DNA of 64,000 nucleotides from Octopus bimaculoides (taxonomy: Eukaryota). The translations under genes were made by a program, and so were the position numbers. A model generated the notes under the pieces. The model saw nothing but the letters and a program-made list of their open reading frames with translations, was not told the DNA's origin and made no database searches. Shown piece after piece: positions 1 through 11,797 of this stretch. The stretch lies in NCBI RefSeq assembly GCF_001194135.2, contig NC_068988.1:51371610-51435609 (forward strand), given 5' to 3'. Each line of letters begins with the position of its first letter. Within the stretch, counting starts at the first letter, position 1.

Positions 1-772
1 GAACTTGTCGGTCTAGTAGACAAAGATTTTTATAAATACGAAAAGTGTTATGGGCAGATTTGGTATTAACAATTTGCATAATTGCGAAAAGAAGTGAACT
101 AAGAGAAATATCTAAAGCAGACCATTGACAAGAATCAAGATGATTCAGGTAGTTGGTAATGTATTAGAAGACGTATGAAAAAAAATTCTTAATAAAGTGA
201 AAATATTCTCTTGACGGCAAATAAAAAAAACCCAAAAAATCTACCGGCAGATGTTAGCGACTTCTCAGATAAGGGAAGACAATTTGATGGAATTAGGAAG
301 GTATTTCATAGAAAATCATTTTCAAGATTAGGAGTAATCTGATCTTTGCTGGCAAGTGTGGTGACAGCAAGACCTCGTCATGTTTGACCTCGTCAAAGAA
401 GTATAGTAATATCTCGAATACAATAACTCTGAAGAAAAAACAAAAGATGAAATGGTCACGACTGGAAAATCGTTGACCATAATCTGTTGTATAAGAGCTT
501 ATCTGAGACTAAATAACAGCAACAACATCAATGACAGTAAATGGCTGCCTTGGAATAAATTTAAATCACCAATCTTTGCCAGTCGATCTCAGTTCTTGTT
601 AGGTTCGCCTCATTTCACTACAACGGCGAATGTCATTGAAAAATATAAGTGATGCCGTTTCACGTTCTGTCACCTATAGACACAATTAAGAAATTGTTCC
701 TGTTGCAGGATAGCGAGTCGCGATAACTGTTAAGACGTTGTCGTGGACATCCTCCTTCTCACTATTATCAAT

Positions 773-801
773 ACCACCACCACCACCACCACCACCACCA
801 C
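773..801. repeat. (CAC)n microsatellite (another at ~43235-43273)
   Basis: Direct reading. Confidence 0.9.
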
Positions 802-1528
802 AACGATTTTTTTTCATGATTGTTTGAGTTAAACAGGTTTTACAGAGAAAATCCCTCAATCTCTATAACTAGTTTTTATGAACAAGTGCCTTTCCTATCA
901 ACGATAATAGATGCATTTTATCTGTTGACTCTTGAGAACTTGTACTGATTTCATTCAGAATTACCCCCTTACAAGTCAGGTTGCCAGTACTGAAGCGTAC
1001 GGAACCCACATCTTGCCCGTTTGTTTAATCTTTCACATGGTTTTAACATCTCCTTTATAGCATAAATCTATCTTATCTGAGGTACTCGAGAGGTTGTTCA
1101 TAAAAAGATGTAATTTCTAATTTGGAGTTGCTGTCCTCCTAACCACATTACAGAGACCAGGTTTCTTCCGTTCGTTCCTAACTTTGCTACAATGTAATCG
1201 TTTTCGTGGCAATATCTTTCAACAGATGAGTACGTATACAACCCTCCACCGAAATACTGAAGTCATTGAATATGTAATGTGTGTGTGTGTATGTGTGGAG
1301 CATGTGAACCTAACCCACGTGCGTTTTTCCTGGCACTCTTCCCAGTCTCTCTTGGACTTACCTCTAGTACTCGACAAAACACTATTTCCGAAACGTTATA
1401 CTTCTCTCTGTAACTTTTTCCCTCTTGTGTGTTACCCTAATAGTATTAACTGTGAACGTCCCTTCAACTTTGGTTGCTTTGTGTCATTCGTTTTGGTTTT
1501 ATTTCATATACACATCTCTCTCTTTCTG

Positions 1529-1571
<43 letters not shown>

Positions 1572-2439
1572 ATGGTACAACACTTCTGATGAAGGTACAA
1601 GACTTCAAGGCTCAACACCTTTCATACACCCCTTGTCAGCTTTAAAACCAGATCCATTTCTGTATATATTGTCGAGATTGTCCAAAACTTTCCATTAAGC
1701 GATATATTTGAATTATCTCTCTTGCCTTGTGTGTAAATTTTAAACAACCCTAGAGGAAGTTTTTACCTAATTAATTGTTTCAGTAATATCAGTTAAGCGA
1801 AGTTTTTCAACTCACTGTATTGCATATGTGAGGCCCTACAATATTCATATGAAGATTCACCCCTGAAGTAGTGTTCTTTAGTCTATTGTTGAGTTTCCTT
1901 TAGAGTGTTGTAGGTAACTCAGCTGAATGGAATGTAATCTTCTGGATATTGCTTGTGAAATATTGTTATAGTTTTCATTTTTAGGTGCTTAATTACATTG
2001 CGAATTTCTTCGTGAATTTCGATTTTAAAACTAGAGCCTCAAAGACTAACAATGCTATCTGGAATATCATGCCAAATCCCCACAAAATTTATCATTTCAA
2101 AAGCTTTGTAAAATTTTTTTTTTTTTTTGAATGAGTGAGAGTCCGTTGCTCTAACATGCTGCCCTACCATTTGATCCATGGATACATTCGGGTCAGATTC
2201 CCGGTGATCCCGTTCAGTTCTCCTGAGCATCATTCCCATCGATCTCTCTCAGTAGGAACCTGCAACTGCTGGGAGTACTACCCACTGCTTCTCTTATATA
2301 AATAAATGTACGTGCGTGCGTGTGTAAAACCGTTTTATTAAAAAAAAATTTAAAGCTGAGTTCACAAGCCAGTTTTGAACCCTGGACAAGAACCGATAAT
2401 TTAGTCAAGGCGCACATTATTAGAAAGATGCTCAACCTC

Positions 2440-2622
2440 AACCAGGGCTTCATCAGTCTTGAAGGAGGCACTCCTTCTTGAACTTCTTCCGCCGCTGTCT
2501 GTCTCTGATCAGGTGTTGCCATGTAGGCCCCAGGCAGTGGGTCACATCACGCCTTTGATCGGCCTCTTCACCTTGTCCATTGTTTTGGTGTCCATTCCGT
2601 CACCCAATCGTGCAAAGATTCT
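2440..2622 (-). mobile_element. 3' end fragment of an RTE-clade LINE
   Basis: Minus strand HDWVTEWTPKQWTR*RGRSKA*CDPL then, after a frameshift, GPTWQHLIRDRQRRKKFKKECLLQD*. This matches the RTE ORF2 C-terminus pattern VTEWxP..RxRGRP..RWxD...W...DR..WK. Confidence 0.65.
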
Positions 2623-3305
2623 AATCTTCCAAACAAACGAGGGAAATGAAAATAAACACTTTCTTATATCTTGTAAACTGTATTAAACTATTTATTCCTA
2701 CACCTGGCCAATTTTGCTCCTTAAGAGTAATAAAATTCAGCTTGCCCGTCGCACCAGAAAGCCTAGGCCGGCCTTTTTTCGGATGTAGCTTATTTTACTT
2801 CATTTATTTAACTAATGTTCTCCAATTTACTTTCATAAGTTTGAGGTGTCGAGCAAAGTGTTAGTTTTCAGTGGTAATTTTAATAGAGATACAGGAATAT
2901 CAAAATCAGTACTTCCTTAAATAAACAAGATGCTATGGCGTTTATGCCTTTCTGCAGCACATTATCAAGATTAGTGAAGTGAAATCGAAACAACGTTATT
3001 GTCTCGGCTGTCCGGGAGAACAACTCTTTATTACGGCTTTTGCCTCTGTGATTCTTTTGACAATGCGGTAAGGGCTGCATAGAAATAGTTGTTAGTTCAA
3101 TCCAATTTTACCTAATGTGTCCTCTTCTCTTTAAGATGATAGAAAGTGATTTGCTATTATTTCTAACAAGCTGAGCAATGTGAGTGGTGTTTGAACATTT
3201 TGAGGTACAGAATCACATAAATCGACTAATGGTTAATCAGCAATGAGAATACCTCCTTGCATTATTTACATTTGTCGGGTATTTGTCCTCATCTTGTTTG
3301 TTGTT

Positions 3306-3351
3306 AACACAATTTTTCGACTGATATACCCTCCAGCCTTCATCAGGTGTC
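3306..3351 (-). ncRNA. Minimal type I hammerhead ribozyme (left arm, partly degenerate)
   Basis: Minus strand GACAC-CTGATGA-A-GGCTG(gagggtatat)CAGTC-GAAA-AA-TT-GTGTT. Stems I and II are fully paired (one G-U each). The stem III CG has changed to AA. Confidence 0.6.
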
Positions 3352-3428
3352 TTGGGGAAATTTCGAACCTAGGTTCTCATTCCTAAGGTATTTTTCAATG
3401 TTATTATTAATATTATTATTATTATTCA

Positions 3429-3501
3429 GGTCACTGCCTGGAATGGAACTCGGATTCTTGGGATTAGTAGCCCGCGCTCTTAACCACTACGCCATATGCC
3501 C
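3429..3501 (-). other. tRNA-derived Pol III head, left arm
   Basis: Minus strand GGGCATATGGCGTAGTGGTTAAGAGCGCGGGCTACTAATCCCAAGAATCCGAGTTCCATTCCAGGCAGTGACC, the inverted copy of 3504-3570. Confidence 0.75.
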
Positions 3502-3503
3502 TT

Positions 3504-3570
3504 GGGCGTTGTGGTTAAGAGCGCGGGCTACTAACCCCAAAACTCCGAGTTCGATTCCAGGCAGTGACCT
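3504..3570 (+). other. tRNA-derived Pol III head (A/B boxes), right arm
   Basis: GTGGTTAAGAGC A-box-like, anticodon-like arm GCGGG-CTACTAA-CCCC, B box GAGTTCGATTCC at 3547-3558. The acceptor stem is poor, so this is not a functional tRNA. Confidence 0.75.
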
Positions 3571-3637
3571 GAATAATAATGATAATAATACCGAAAAATA
3601 CCTTAGGAATGAGAACCCAGGTTCAAAATTTCCCCAA

Positions 3638-3683
3638 GACACCTGATGAAGGCTGGAGGGTGTATCAATCGAAACGTTGTTTT
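3638..3683 (+). ncRNA. Minimal type I hammerhead ribozyme (right arm, partly degenerate)
   Basis: GACAC-CTGATGA-A-GGCTG(gagggtgtat)CAATC-GAAA-CG-TT-GTTTT. Intact core and palindromic ACGT stem III, with one mismatch each in stems I and II. Confidence 0.65.
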
Positions 3684-6600
3684 AACAACAAACAAGATGA
3701 GGACAAATATCCGTCAAATGTAAATAATGTACATAATTCCTCATCCTTTAAATATAGTACTGTAATACCTCCTTAATAATTTTACATACCTTACTTCGTA
3801 GATAAAGGTCGAAAATTCGGCCTCAAACTGATGATTGTATTATATCGCCCCAAAGTCTCGTTTAGATTAAATTCCCCAACAAGTCACTGTTGAAATGTCT
3901 AATTTCCTGTTAGGTTTTCTTACTGCCTACTGATGCAAGCATTTTTGTCTTTTAGGGAATATGCCATATGGGTAAAGGAAAATTATGACTATAGAATTAA
4001 AAAGAAAACGTATTTGCATATAGTTTACTTATTATTATTTTTCGTGGAATGCCTAGCAACCCCTTGTAGAACCCTAGTATTCGGAGGAACATCATTTGGA
4101 AACACTGGCGCTAAGAAGGTCCTTCATTATCTCGAAATACTGATGTTGCTGTAGTTTAGGTAGTCCAACGGTAATCAACTTTAGAAGTATCTAGGATGGC
4201 ATTATCTTATGTGGCCTTTCTATTTTTACAAGACAGTAGGGTTTCATTTGAGGCAAATACGAGCTGCTATTTCTAACTGGTCGATTGATCGCATAGAGGC
4301 TCCTTCGTTGTCTTGTCAGACCCACATTTTTATTCTGTAGTAGGTATAACTTTTATCCTCTCTATGCTATCAAATCTGAAGTTAAGAATTGACAAAATAC
4401 CTAGAGTTTAAACATCGATATATCTGTATAGTACCAGACATGCATCACAATCTCTTCTATCAAACTGAAACTAGGGGTTGAGGGTCGCGTACCTACGTAA
4501 TATATATTTTCCTAACACTTTTCAGAAAAGAACACTGATAATCGTCTGAGTACCTATAAAAATGTAGATATGAAGGTGAGAATAATAAGTCAAATTTATA
4601 TGTTTAGATGACAATGAAACAAAATAAGATATCAACAAAATTGAATTCGGAAAGTTAATTTTCCATTGTAAATTCGGATAACTTTATTTTCTCACTTTTA
4701 CAAACGGTGGTTGATTGGCAAAACCATGAGACAACATTTAAGTTAAAGTTTTTACGTTCCCAGTTCAAATACCGCCACGGTCAACTTNNNNNNNNNNNNN
4801 NNNNNNNNNNNNNNNNNNNNNNNNNNNNNNNNNNNNNNNNNNNNNNNNNNNNNNNNNNNNNNNNNNNNNNNNNNNNNNNNNNNNNNNNNNNNNNNNNNNN
4901 NNNNTGGAAGAAATCTAAAAAGTCCGCTCATGTTGCTTATGAACATCACATAAACAAATGAGGAAGATGTTGTCAGAAATATATTTTTATTCATAGCACT
5001 GAAAACATTTATGCCACTAACACAATAATTAATTCATATATTTTATTTTACTAGCGGATTTAAAAAAGAAGTTTCAAAATTTTTTAAACAAAAACAAAAT
5101 AAAAATATTGAATCTGTGAATGCTTACAACGAATGCGAAATTGTTATAACCCTTTGAACACGGTAAATTTGGAGTTTAGTAAATATTTGAATTTCAAATT
5201 GACAAAAAAACAAAACAAAAAAAAAACAAAAAGAGAAATTAGGAAACTTTACATCTCTAACTTTATTGATTCCTTTATACTCTTTTTTTAGTCTGGGGCT
5301 CGCAAGTTCGATTTTCACTTGAAATTATTCAATAGTATTTTTGTTGGTGAATAATAAATGAAAGAAAATAAAATCAAGAGGTAAAAATACGTCAGAAAAA
5401 AATTTAGTAAACGTAAGTGTTAGCACAAAAATATATTCTTCATAAAAGTAACGTGGGGGACAAGAAAGATTATAAGACAGAAAAGTTAAAAAAAGAGAGA
5501 AAAAAAAGAAAAAGCAAATCTGGCGCGATGTTAAGTTAAAGGGAAGCTATCCCAGGATGCTTCGATTGGCGATTTCAAGACGAGGCTGAAAGAAGACTGA
5601 ATGTAAGACTAACTAAACTGTAAGTGTTTTGAAATTCTATCTCATGCTTTGCTGTCCCATCTCAGTCCACATTTTTAACAACTTCAATGAAAAACTTTTA
5701 TTTAATTCTCCCTAGACAGTCAATAGCATTATTTTCTGGTTTCTATTTGCGGAAATGCGCCAAAACCGCACAGTCAGTCGGTGTGTGTCCACTCTGTGTT
5801 CGACTTTCTTTCTCTCTCTCTTTTTGTCAGCAAGCAATGATAAAGAATATCCCCCACCAGTTCAATATTTCTCCCTCCCTCTTTTCAATTCCTCCACTTA
5901 TCTATTACATACGTAAAGCTTCTCTTGTTAAATATATACGCACATATACATACCTACACACATGCACAACCAGATGAATATGTCTGATGTTACACAGTTT
6001 CGCCTACAACACATATATCTACGCACCGTTGTTGTTGCATCGACACCGGTAAAAGCTAATCCACAACAGGCACGGACCACCAACAAAACAATACACAACT
6101 GTTTGTTTACAAACAACTTATCGTCACTTCAATCCGACTGCATCAGGCATTTGGCTTTATCGATGACTATTTTACTCAACTGTTAACATTAAACCATTCC
6201 TTTTTGGCGTTTGTTGCTGGCCTCTTGGTATTTAAACATCAGGGACACAGTATAAAATATCATTTCAAATATGCTTACATGTTCTTCCGAGATCTGTGAT
6301 TCATTTCAAACCCTAATTATTTTTCTCTAGTGGAATATTGACTTCTGATAATTTACTGTTAATGACGAGAAAGCGAGGACATTTCTGGGTACCTATGACG
6401 TTATAAATACATCGTCCTCCAGTCTACCCTTCGTTTTTCAATGAACTCCCTCTGATGAGGTTTAATTTTTACTCTGAGACTACCGTAGAAAAACGTCCAA
6501 ACTTCTTTACATTTCCACTAACTTATATACATATGTGTCTATATATCTATGTATATAATTGTTTGGGAAGGAGAGATCCAGTGTGTATGTGTAAATGTAT

Positions 6601-8099
6601 TATATACACAGCAAAATTAAAAAGAAATGTCACGTGTGATGTAAAGTTTTGTTTATCTGAGATACAAGCCAAATCATGTGACTCATAACTGGTATTTAAT
6701 TTATCGGTAGCCTTTGGCAGACTAGGGTTGATATACATCAACTCCCTAGCTCTATCTGAACCCATCAAATAGAAAGACATTCAGTTTAGAAAACGTGAAG
6801 TATGAAAGGTTACTCTATCATGATTCGTATCCCCAGTGACTGGTTCGTAATCAATCGCTAATACTTTACTGTTAGCTTGTTATAATATTGAGTCGATTTC
6901 GCCCCACTAAAGGTCATCTGCAGACTTGCCGCCTATCCAGACTGAGATTCCTCTCATTTGCTTACTACAGGAGAAACGGTTTCATAAGCAGTAACCAAGA
7001 CGGTCGACGATACCGATGAAAACACGGTGTTTCCTTATGTATATAGAAACAGTACAATCAATTTACTATTTTCACAGTGTTTCATTAAAAACAAAATACT
7101 GATCAAGAATAAATTCAATCCAAATAGAAATAACAGCTAAATTCTCCCAAAATCACACCCTGCCATACGTATGTTAGTGAATGACAAAAAGAAAAACAGG
7201 TGTTATGCAATCACTTTCATTAGCTTACAGCTAATGTAAGCGCAACGCCTTTGATCGTTGATCTGCCTTGGAGTTTAAACAACAATAAAACCTGCTGATA
7301 TTTCCCCCTCCCATCGTGCACCCCGCTCTTAATTTTTTTTTTTTTTTTTTACCTTTACTAAAGTGTTTCTGCCACTGAAATATATCATAAAGTTACGGCT
7401 TTTCATACCACCTTTCTTGAAGGCGTGTGTCACATAATAGCGATAGGAAAAAAAAAAAATTAGAATTTGTCACATCCATACCTTTGCCTAGGGCACGTAA
7501 AAATAACTTAGGCACAGTGAAGGCGTAAATAAGTTAGGAGGTTTTGGGCCTTCCAGAGATCGCTACATTGTCGTAAATCAAAGTAAAATAGAGTGATTCC
7601 AGCTGTGTATGGATACCGGTTCTCTGATGTTGGTGCCTGTGGAAATGCTTTCAATTCGTGCATGTAAAGTTGAGTAGGAAAGCTTCAGAACAACTTTTTT
7701 TTCTCAGTGTTGTTTAAAATCCATCAGTTTTCTTACCAACACACTTAGGAATAGGTTTGCTGAGATCTTGTCCTGTCTTGTAAAATTGTAGCTGTTCGTT
7801 TGTTCTTCCATGTGCTAAGCTGTTTGTTAACTGCTGTGGTCCTCTCACGAAATGTCTCTGTCGCTTCTAACTCCCTAACTGAACAACTCTTCAATCTATA
7901 CAGGCCACTTTAACTTCCCACTCCTCCCATTTTATCACCTCCGCCCGTTCCTCTTCCTCTCTATTCCGTCTTTCATCACTCCCTCCTTCACCATGTCTCT
8001 ATCTTTCAAGTCTCCCCACTCTCTAATATATCTATAGATCTTTGAAATTTATTGATGCATAATATCTACAGAGTAAGGTAATACACATACATACACACA

Positions 8100-8420
8100 C
8101 ACACACACCTAGCAAGCGCTGCACTTATGTATATCATAGGAAGCCGGACCTCCACACGCATATGCGCACACACATGTCAGAACCAAACCAACACGCACAC
8201 CCTGAGAGAATCTCCCTCCCCTCTCTTCTCCGTCACAGAATTAGCTATCGGCAGGAGCAGCAGTGCTCGACGTAACTTCTCCTTCGCTGGCGATAAGTCA
8301 GCCGGTGTCAGTCTATTTCTAGTTTCCTCTGTATAAAGGCTCCTCGTGCATTCTGTGTGTCTCTCTCACATACACATACCACCCAATAACAGTTGATCCG
8401 TCAAAGCCCGCAGCACTGTC
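8100..8420 (+). promoter_or_regulatory. Putative RNF220 promoter / non-coding first exon
   Basis: Unique sequence with ~15 CpG in ~300 bp (hand count), Inr-like TCAGTC at 8308-8313 and TATA-like TATAAAG at 8332-8338, 0.6-0.9 kb upstream of the ATG. The TSS and donor are not established. Confidence 0.5.
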
Positions 8421-8984
8421 TATATACATTCTCTATCCAGTCTTCCCTTTTTTCCTAACATTCTTCATTGGAAAAAAAAAAAAGAAAGAAAAGGAAAAAC
8501 GATAAACATTCAAAACTTAAAAGAAACTATTTTGATATAGTTAATTGTTTAAAGCGATTTATAAACATGCCTGGATGTTTTGGAAATATTTCTTACCTAA
8601 ATATACTTCATATTTTGTTGTAGCTACGTTTAAGTTTTTTTTAATCCTAAATAGTTTTATAGGATTTTTACATATTTTCTAAATAATTATTCTGTTAAGA
8701 TTTCAACGTATTCTTTTATAATTATTTTTTTATTGCTATTTTGTTTATCTATGTATATAATACATATGTATCGGTTTCAATCCAGTCCTCAGAGTAAATG
8801 TATAATATTAACAGATATTGGAGTGGATATTTTTTAGAAAATGGGTTATAAAAGTTTTAGAGCTTAAATTTGGAAATTGAAGATCAACTAAAGCACAACT
8901 TTAAAATATTTTTTTTTTCTTTTTCCCGATATTTTAAAAAAAAATATTGACCATGAGTAACGTGTCGAATTTTGCCATGTTTAG

Positions 8985-9048
8985 GTTGAACTTGTGGACG
9001 AAACCATTTCTTGGAGTGGCACCCCAAGGAACATCCGGAGGCCGGGGT
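8985..9048 (+). other. RNF220: 5' UTR part of the RNF220 ATG exon (after the putative splice acceptor)
   Basis: TTTTGCCATGTTTAG|G acceptor with AG at 8983-8984, preceded by T-rich sequence at ~8910-8930. No ATG between 8985 and 9049. Confidence 0.55.
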
Positions 9049-9655
9049 ATGGATAGTTCGTCTTTTGTTCCAAACCCGTTGACCTCTCCGGCGTTGATGG
9101 TTTTAGCATCAACTTCTGATAGTGGTCATGATACCAACCGTCTCTCCAGCTCTCATCATTTCTCAGGACAAAATGTTGACAAGGATCCTACGCCTGGTGC
9201 CTCTTTCAGCACCTCATCATTCATGTACCGTCCAGGGGAGCCTTTCGCTCCACCACTGTACGCTCCTCTACCGCCCTATGTCCAGTCCAATCACTTGGAT
9301 CGTGGAGTGAGTATTATCAACAGTGGTGGCGGGAGTGCTTTCCGACCTGTAGCCAGTTCCTCGGACTGTGGAGTAGATGAGTATCAGTCGGCATTTTTAC
9401 CAACCAAGAAGAGCAAACAAGAAGAAAATTCGGCTTTAACAACTCTGTACAACCACTGTAACAACGCCAGTGAAAGGTTGGTGGAACAGGCCTCTTTTGG
9501 TCACTCGAGGGAGGAGAAAAGTAGTCACACCACTGTCAAAGAAGAGAGACCATCTAGTTTATGTTCTGGCTCATGTGATACAAACTCTGAGAGTCACTCA
9601 GAGTCGGGAGATCATACGGAACGTGCCACACCTGATGAAGGCAGAAACTTAAGAA
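9049..9655 (+). CDS. RNF220: First coding exon of E3 ubiquitin ligase RNF220 orthologue (N-terminal ~202 aa, ends in a phase-1 intron)
   Basis: ATG at 9049 begins MDSSSFVPNPLTSPALMVLASTSD, matching recalled human RNF220 MENSSYLPNPLASPALMVLASTAE. Further colinear motifs: VDKD, GGGSAFRPVAS (human SGVGAFRPFAS), YQSAFLPTKKSK (human YQSAFTPAKRLK). Canonical donor AA|GTAAGT at 9656-9661. 607 coding nt gives phase 1. The RING domain is not in the window. Confidence 0.9.
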
Positions 9656-10289
9656 GTAAGTACAACTTTTAATTGCCACATTCAAATACGACCTTCCTCA
9701 TTTCAACATGTCATTCTTCAACAGTCCTTTGCATTGTCACTAATATTTCATTCAATCACTTTGCAGGTGTATATGTTGTGTCAGTGTCGTTTGCTTCTGT
9801 ACTCATACAATACTTTCCCTCTAAATCCATATTGGAAACATTTCGAACTTTTAGTTTAGTTGAAAGTTTCAGATTTTCAACTTCATGACCACCATGCCTT
9901 ATATTTAAATGGGTGTGTGCATTTGCATGTTTTAAATTACGTATTACTACAACAGATACAGTACTACTGCATTGTTTATTTCTTGATGTTTTCTATTAAA
10001 ACAACAACAACAACAAAAAAAACCCAGTTATAGCTTTTTAGACAATGTTGATATTTAGTTAATATAGCTATGTTTTTATACGTCTGAAATGACAAAATAT
10101 CGTTTCACATACTCACACATATAACTATACATCTGTGTGGGTGATGTTTTTATATACATAATCCTTATGTCTGCAGATATAATATAACAATAATAAATGT
10201 CTGTGCATGTGTGTGTATATGTTTGTACATGGTGACAGACTAGCGGAATCATAAGAGCATCGATGAAAATACTTAGGGTATTCAAACTC

Positions 10290-10370
10290 ATTACATTCAG
10301 AGTTCAAATCTTACTGGGGTCAACTTTGTCTTCTTATTAGATTGATAAAATAAAGTAGCAGTTGAATAGT
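10290..10370 (+). mobile_element. tRNA-derived SINE family D fragment (also ~4750-4787, 37340-37420, 37640-37760, 61080-61200)
   Basis: GAGTTCAAAT B box followed by GGGTCAACTTTGTCTT..GATAAAATAAAGTA, a recurring motif. Confidence 0.55.
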
Positions 10371-10851
10371 AGTCAATGCATAGAAACTAGCTTCATGTCC
10401 AGTTGTACATTTGCCTTTTATGATAGGTATTATCTCTTCATGAATCTATGGATGTAATATACAGACATTGTCAGTTGTATTAAGAAAAAAGTAAACACAA
10501 ACGTTGAAAAACACAAACTATGCTGTTTATATTGTGGCTCCTTTGCTACACTTTCCAAGGGTCCTTCACTGTCAAGACACCCTACTGTTAACATGAGTTA
10601 GTTTTGATTATGTAATTGAAAAACAAACCCATCTGTAAAGAGGTCTTGTACACAAACACATGTATACATATGTGCATGTGTGTGTGTGTGTGTGCACACA
10701 TAGATGTAAATTGTAGGATTTATGGTCATGGATTTATACAAGCACAGGCATGGCTGTGTAGTAAGAAGTACAAATGTCTTCTACAAAAGCCATGGACCGA
10801 CCAAAGCCTTGTGAATGGATGCAGTTGACAGAACTGAATGAAGTGTGTATG

Positions 10852-10854
<3 letters not shown>

Positions 10855-10889
<35 letters not shown>

Positions 10890-11062
10890 TAGATATATAG
10901 ATAGATATATATATAGATAGATAGATATAGATAGATAGATATAGATAGATAGATAGATAGATAGATATAGATAGATAGATATAGATATATATATATATAT
11001 ATATAGATAGATAGATATAGATATATATATATATATATATAGATATATAGATAGATAGATAT

Positions 11063-11095
<33 letters not shown>

Positions 11096-11516
11096 TATAT
11101 AGATAGATAGATATAGATATATATATATATATATATATATAGATATATAGATAGATAGATATACATATAGATATATATAGATATAGATAGATAGATAGAT
11201 ATAGATATATAGCCTGGTGTAGCCACCTGGTTTCACTAGTCCTCAGTCAAATCGTCCAACCCATGCTAGCATGGAAAGCGGACGATGATGATGATGATAG
11301 ATATATATATATAGATATAGATAGATAGATATATATATATAGATAGATATATATATATATAGATAGATATATATATAGATATATATATATATAGATATGT
11401 ATATATAGATATGTATAGATATATATATATATATATATAGATATGTATAGATATATAGATATATATATATATAGATATGTATAGATATATATAGATATAT
11501 ATATATATATGTGTAT

Positions 11517-11577
<61 letters not shown>

Positions 11578-11764
11578 TAGATATATATATATATACAGAG
11601 ATATATAGATGTATAGATATATATATATAGATATATGTATAGATATATATATATATACAGATATATGTATAGATATATATATATACAGATATATGTATAG
11701 ATATATATATATACAGATATATATAGATGTATATATATATATATATATATATATAGATGTATAG

Positions 11765-11797
<33 letters not shown>

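Larger units (their letters stand above)
3259..3763. mobile_element. Palindromic (head-to-head) tRNA-headed, hammerhead-bearing retroposon-like element with 11-bp TSD
   Basis: 3260-3501 is an inverted repeat of 3504-3729. The right arm has 34 extra nt (3730-3763). Identical AATACCTCCTT at 3248-3258 and 3764-3774. Confidence 0.85.

Noticed and set aside
340-740. Possible degenerate restriction-like endonuclease of an R2/R4 retroelement (VVTAR../DLVMFD)
   Set aside because: Only a few residues across frameshifts, not enough to support a call.
1184-1645. 153-aa ORF
   Set aside because: Starts at TTG, spans GT and AT microsatellites, and has no recognisable domain.
3429-3570. Two bona fide tRNA genes
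   Set aside because: Acceptor and T stems are poorly paired and the sequences are integral parts of a repeat, so they are treated as SINE heads.
5928-6116. Minus-strand ORF resembling a signal peptide plus a Cys-rich toxin-like peptide (..CIVLLVVRACCG..YMCCRRNC)
   Set aside because: The start codon is TTG, with an in-frame TGA at 6129-6131 and no upstream ATG. The end runs into GT-rich low complexity, and no homology was recognised.
6722-6749. 11-bp imperfect hairpin CTAGGGTTGAT..ATCAACTCCCTAG
   Set aside because: Too short for a pre-miRNA or MITE and compatible with chance.
8947-9048. N-terminal extension of the RNF220 ORF (TTG 8947, ATG 8953 and 8977)
   Set aside because: These lie upstream of a good acceptor at 8984, and homology starts at the ATG at 9049.
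9628-9650. ACACCTGATGAAGGC..GAAAC in the RNF220 exon, a 15-nt match to the hammerhead core at 3639-3653
   Set aside because: There is no stem II or III. It encodes TPDEGRN, and a 15-mer match somewhere in 64 kb is expected by chance.
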